Assembly: GCA_041600715.1 (NCBI GenBank) | Contig: JBFIJM010000005.1 | Coordinates: forward strand, 1 to 59,572 | Reading direction: 5' to 3' | Length of the DNA: 59,572 nucleotides | DNA from: Candidatus Saccharimonadales bacterium | GTDB lineage: Bacteria; Patescibacteriota; Saccharimonadia; Saccharimonadales; 2-12-FULL-41-12 | Shown here: positions 56,651 through 59,572 of the stretch, piece after piece | Layout of the letters: every line of letters starts with the position of its first letter | How positions within the stretch are numbered: position 1 is the first letter of the stretch | Notes under the pieces: model-generated | What the model saw: the letters and a program-made list of their open reading frames with translations, nothing else | Told to the model about the DNA's origin: nothing | Database searches by the model: none | Translations under genes and position numbers: made by a program

Positions 56651-57565
56651 ATGTCACTCACATACATATTCAAAACAGGGAAGCACAAGGATAAACAAAT
56701 CAGTTGGGTTAAGAAAAATGATTTCAAATACCTAAAGGATGTTAATAAGGGTAAAGTCAAAATAAAGCTGACACAGCGAATTAAGGATTTTATCGAGAAA
56801 ATGTGCGAGGATAAAATAGAAACCTCGACAGTAGTCGTCGATGAGGTGATACAGCTATACAAAGAAGGTAACAAGAGGACAGACATACATGAAATACTAG
56901 TAAAGAGAGATTACACCCCTGACTATGCCAATTTTATAATAAATAGTGCTAGCAGTAAAATTATTCAAGGATTTGAGGAGGACAAGAGTTATTTAATAGG
57001 GCTACACCTAAAAAGATACGACAGCACTCACAACAAGCATATGGATACGGCAGCCACTCTGGTGGGCTTCAAGCATAAGTATAAAAGGATAGAGCATTAC
57101 ATCCTAGCAATGGATTCCTTAATAGCAAAAGAAAGATTGCTAGGACTTCATTCGAAAAAATATAATATCCAGCTAAACAATTTCATTAACCGGGATAGAG
57201 TGCAATCCACAAGCTCAGGGTACAGCTTTGATTCACTATCAACAAAAGAACTTACAGAGCTAGCTCAATTAATAGCAGAGACTAAAGTAGCACAACAAGA
57301 TAAACAGGAAATCCAATTATTTGATGAAGCAATGATTCAAACAGGCAAAATTGTACAAGACATTGTCGAAACAATAGAAGACATTGACCACGAGGAAGTC
57401 GAATCTCCTTTGACAAAAGTACACCATAAAGACATTTTTGGTAGTAAATTAAAAGAGGTCCAAAAGAAAACAGGAAACACTATTGATACTGTAGAGGATA
57501 AAATAAGGCAGTCAAACAAATCAGCCTTTGAGTTAATAATGAATAAGCAGAAAAATGAGAAGTAG
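56651..57565 (+). CDS. Paralogue B of the preceding protein
   Basis: Shares HL..Y, AM.SL..KE...GLH....NIQLNN. The N-terminus has F..GKHK...I..V...D..YL. Confidence 0.45.
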   Translation: MSLTYIFKTGKHKDKQISWVKKNDFKYLKDVNKGKVKIKLTQRIKDFIEKMCEDKIETSTVVVDEVIQLYKEGNKRTDIHEILVKRDYTPDYANFIINSASSKIIQGFEEDKSYLIGLHLKRYDSTHNKHMDTAATLVGFKHKYKRIEHYILAMDSLIAKERLLGLHSKKYNIQLNNFINRDRVQSTSSGYSFDSLSTKELTELAQLIAETKVAQQDKQEIQLFDEAMIQTGKIVQDIVETIEDIDHEEVESPLTKVHHKDIFGSKLKEVQKKTGNTIDTVEDKIRQSNKSAFELIMNKQKNEK

Positions 57566-57782
57566 AGGCAGAAGAAAAACCATAAGAATACAGCATGCAG
57601 TAATACTGATGTTATTAATAGGACTGGCGTCGTCACATCTTTATGTGAGAAAACAAAGACAATTAGATAAGATAAGAACAGATGCAGCCTACAATAGACT
57701 CTGGAAAAAATACGATTGGAAGACCAAAAGGCTAAGAATTTACACGGAGCTAGTTTACACTAAGTTGTACAATAACAAATAA
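57555..57782 (+). CDS. Small basic single-pass membrane protein
   Basis: One hydrophobic helix flanked by Arg/Lys. Confidence 0.5.
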   Translation: MRSRGRRKTIRIQHAVILMLLIGLASSHLYVRKQRQLDKIRTDAAYNRLWKKYDWKTKRLRIYTELVYTKLYNNK

Positions 57783-57797
57783 TTAAGTAGTTTGTAG

Positions 57798-57837
57798 AAA
57801 TAAAATTTGTTTATGTCTCGAAAGGTATGTATTTTTA
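57798..57837 (+). promoter_or_regulatory. Phage promoter AAATAAAA-TTTG-N20-TATTTTTA
   Basis: TTTG at 57806-57809 and TATTTTTA at 57830-57837. Confidence 0.8.
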
Positions 57838-57861
57838 GGTTCTAATTTAAAATCGGTAAAA

Positions 57862-58290
57862 ATGGAAAAACAAGTTAAAGAAAGCCCAGTAAGAGATTAC
57901 ACTCACTGGGCAAAGAGATTTGATACAGTTAAACACATTACAAAATCAAGTGTTTACGGATTTAATAGTCACGGGACCTTCTGTGGTTCTTCAGCAGCAT
58001 GCTTAGGCAATAACTATGCTATGTCTGATATGGAGGTGTGTCCCGAGTGCATTAAGCTAAAGCCAAGGTTATTAAAGGATATAGCAAAAGAAATTTATCA
58101 AGACTGGGGTCGAGTTCACCCATATGCGTCACCTTATCTAGGCGCAATGTCTACGCTAGACTACATACACGAGAATTATCATTTAGATAGTGCAGACAGT
58201 GTAGTGAGATATTTTCTTAGTAATGCAGGAACCTGGAGAGGTAAGGTTGCAAGAAGAGTGAAGCTAGAACTAAAAGCAATGCTCAAGTGA
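57862..58290 (+). CDS. Early-type protein: N-terminal His/Cys Zn-finger fused to a conserved helical phage domain
   Basis: H...FC....C...CPEC followed by IA.EI..DW....PYA.PYL.AM...YFLSNA.TWRG..ARRVK.ELK. Confidence 0.65.
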   Translation: MEKQVKESPVRDYTHWAKRFDTVKHITKSSVYGFNSHGTFCGSSAACLGNNYAMSDMEVCPECIKLKPRLLKDIAKEIYQDWGRVHPYASPYLGAMSTLDYIHENYHLDSADSVVRYFLSNAGTWRGKVARRVKLELKAMLK

Positions 58291-58397
58291 AAACTAGACA
58301 CTGGTGCCTACTTATTTTTATAGGCGTGTTAATATTAATCTCCATAGCTGCTCACATAATGCATTACATTGTATTTGGGCGGCTATGGGTTTATTAA
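58287..58397 (+). CDS. Possible 36-aa membrane peptide (not in the ORF track)
   Basis: GTGA overlap with the upstream stop. MKTRHWCLLIFIGVLILISIAAHIMHYIVFGRLWVY* fills the gap exactly. Confidence 0.45.
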   Translation: MKTRHWCLLIFIGVLILISIAAHIMHYIVFGRLWVY

Positions 58398-58406
58398 GAG
58401 AAAGGT

Positions 58407-58676
58407 ATGAAAGCAGGAATAGAAGAACAACTACTAGCAGCTGACCTAATAAAGCTACTCGAGGATAACTCACTAAAGAGCATTGCGGATATGTTTAACA
58501 CAAACACAAACATGGTATTTAAGGCACTGAAGGTAAAAATGAATTCAGACTCGTATTTAAAGTCTGCAGGAGAAGACCCAACTGAACTAACAAGAGGGGC
58601 ATGGCAGGAATTAAAAGAGAGCGATATTTATAAGGATGTGTTATTAGGAAGTAAAACCATAGGGGATGTCAAATAA
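58407..58676 (+). CDS. Hypothetical protein, possible HTH
   Basis: SLKSIADMFNTNTNMVFKAL HTH-like segment. Confidence 0.5.
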   Translation: MKAGIEEQLLAADLIKLLEDNSLKSIADMFNTNTNMVFKALKVKMNSDSYLKSAGEDPTELTRGAWQELKESDIYKDVLLGSKTIGDVK

Positions 58677-58848
58677 AGAATTACCGTACACCACTATCGC
58701 TGAGATGCATAAGTATATAATCAATAAGGCTTTAGATAAGGCTCCAAATAAAAAAGAGGCAGCAAAACTATTAGGTATAACAGAGAGAACCTTGTATACC
58801 AAGATTGCTGAGTACAGACAAAGAGATAGAGATGCAAGAACCAAATAA
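58666..58848 (+). CDS. Stand-alone Fis/NtrC-type HTH (HTH_8) protein
   Basis: I.KAL....NKKEAAKLLGITERTLYTKI.EY is a near-canonical HTH_8 signature. Confidence 0.8.
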   Translation: MSNKELPYTTIAEMHKYIINKALDKAPNKKEAAKLLGITERTLYTKIAEYRQRDRDARTK

Positions 58849-59008
58849 TCCACTTAGTTGCCACATAGGGACGCACTTCACTAGAAAAGAAGGAAAAGCA
58901 AATATATGTATGTACTGTAATGTCGAAGTTATTAAAGCAGAGCATATAGTGATAAAATATCCAGCCCAGCCAATAGAAACCCCCTCCAATAGTGGAGATA
59001 ACAACTAA
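58805..59008 (+). CDS. Small Cys/His protein
   Basis: LSCHIG.H...C.YC motif. The true start may be the ATG at 58832. Confidence 0.5.
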   Translation: MLSTDKEIEMQEPNNPLSCHIGTHFTRKEGKANICMYCNVEVIKAEHIVIKYPAQPIETPSNSGDNN

Positions 59009-59319
59009 AAACTAAACAGATGGAAATAGAAAGAATAGAAGAGATACAAAAAACAACAGCCCACCCAAATAGTGTAAGCGTTCAACAAGCATTGTTAACC
59101 GTATGGAATGAATGTGAACAATCCCTCACCAAAGAGAACGAAGAACTAAGGGCAGACGTTGAAAGATTGGAATTAGGCAGAGAAACAGATGAAGAAGTGA
59201 TTAATCAATTAGAAGCAAGGGTAAAGGAGTTGGAGGATAAGCTAAATAAAAACCACAAAGGAACGAAGGGCGGAGCCTTTACTCGTTCTTGTGATTAACC
59301 CCTAAAAACTAAACAGATG
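59005..59319 (+). repeat. 18-bp direct repeat CTAAAAACTAAACAGATG (59005-59022 and 59302-59319) flanking one gene
   Basis: Perfect copies, each ending in the ATG of consecutive genes. Confidence 0.85.
59020..59298 (+). CDS. Small coiled-coil protein
   Basis: Heptad pattern ENEELRADVERLE...LEARVKELEDKL. Confidence 0.6.
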   Translation: MEIERIEEIQKTTAHPNSVSVQQALLTVWNECEQSLTKENEELRADVERLELGRETDEEVINQLEARVKELEDKLNKNHKGTKGGAFTRSCD

Positions 59320-59472
59320 ACTGACTACGAACAGGGCCAGATTGATTTAATCCAACACATCAAGAAGGAATGCAAGTTCATAGTAGAGAATTCAGAGGGC
59401 GAAAATCTTTACACCGATATGCTAATTATGTTAATGAGTTTAAAACCAAAAGAGAAATGCAAGAATACATAA
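59317..59472 (+). CDS. Small hypothetical protein (51 aa, not in the ORF track)
   Basis: MTDYEQGQIDLIQHIKKECKF...KNT*, starting at the repeated leader. Confidence 0.55.
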   Translation: MTDYEQGQIDLIQHIKKECKFIVENSEGENLYTDMLIMLMSLKPKEKCKNT

Positions 59473-59572
59473 AGACATTAGAAGAAGTGCAAGGAGTTAG
59501 TTTAGCTGACGCGCTCATGTTTATATTACAAGAGAACAGAAATAAACTATTCACAGTTGAAATACTATCTGA
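59457..59572 (+). CDS. Hypothetical protein, truncated by the window end
   Basis: MQEYIKTLEEVQGVSLADALMFILQENRNKLFTVEILS..., open to the edge. Confidence 0.45.
   Translation, partial: MQEYIKTLEEVQGVSLADALMFILQENRNKLFTVEILS

Noticed and set aside
2682-57837. CRISPR array or iterons from the AAATAAAATTTGTTTAT repeat
   Set aside because: Copies are dispersed kilobases apart, upstream of genes, not regularly spaced.
1395-59004. Numerous minus-strand ORFs and nested alternative-frame ORFs in the track
   Set aside because: Nearly all lie antisense to well-supported + strand genes, have Ser/Leu/Phe-rich shadow composition and show no motifs or promoters.
1-59572. Stop-codon reassignment as seen in some large Bacteroidota phages
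   Set aside because: Conserved genes are full length in the standard code, and TAA, TAG and TGA all serve as stops at tight gene junctions.

Overview
A 59.6-kb segment of a large, AT-rich contractile-tailed (myovirus) phage genome. Every credible gene is on the + strand. Bases 1-28.8k are a virion morphogenesis module whose gene order resembles SPO1/Twort-like phages: head completion/neck, tail sheath, tube, chaperones, tape measure, baseplate and three fibre-like proteins. Bases 28.8-37.6k hold replication and nucleotide genes: a DnaB-type helicase, primase, a DnaE-type family C polymerase and a B12-dependent class II ribonucleotide reductase. Bases 37.6-44.7k carry a complete preQ0 (7-deazaguanine) pathway (queD, queE, folE, queC) interleaved with a TGT-fold DpdA-like enzyme, a dUTPase/dCTP-deaminase-fold protein, a P-loop nucleotide kinase and two promoter-bearing inserts. 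Bases 44.8-51.4k form a T4-like recombination module (UvsY-like, gp32-like SSB, Mre11/Rad50, RuvC-like), followed by small early-type genes. Bacteroidota-style -33/-7 promoters and A-rich leaders largely lacking Shine-Dalgarno sites point to a Bacteroidota host (inference). The most notable signals are: (i) a possible nucleotide-level (pre-replicative) deazaguanine pathway; (ii) a kissing-loop leader whose loop sequence is repeated at the start codon of a winged-helix gene; (iii) a recurring AATCGG element just before start codons; (iv) a phage-specific promoter AAATAAAA-TTTG-N20-TAnnTTTA; (v) near-total GATC avoidance. All protein calls come from motif recognition and synteny by eye; no database searches were run.
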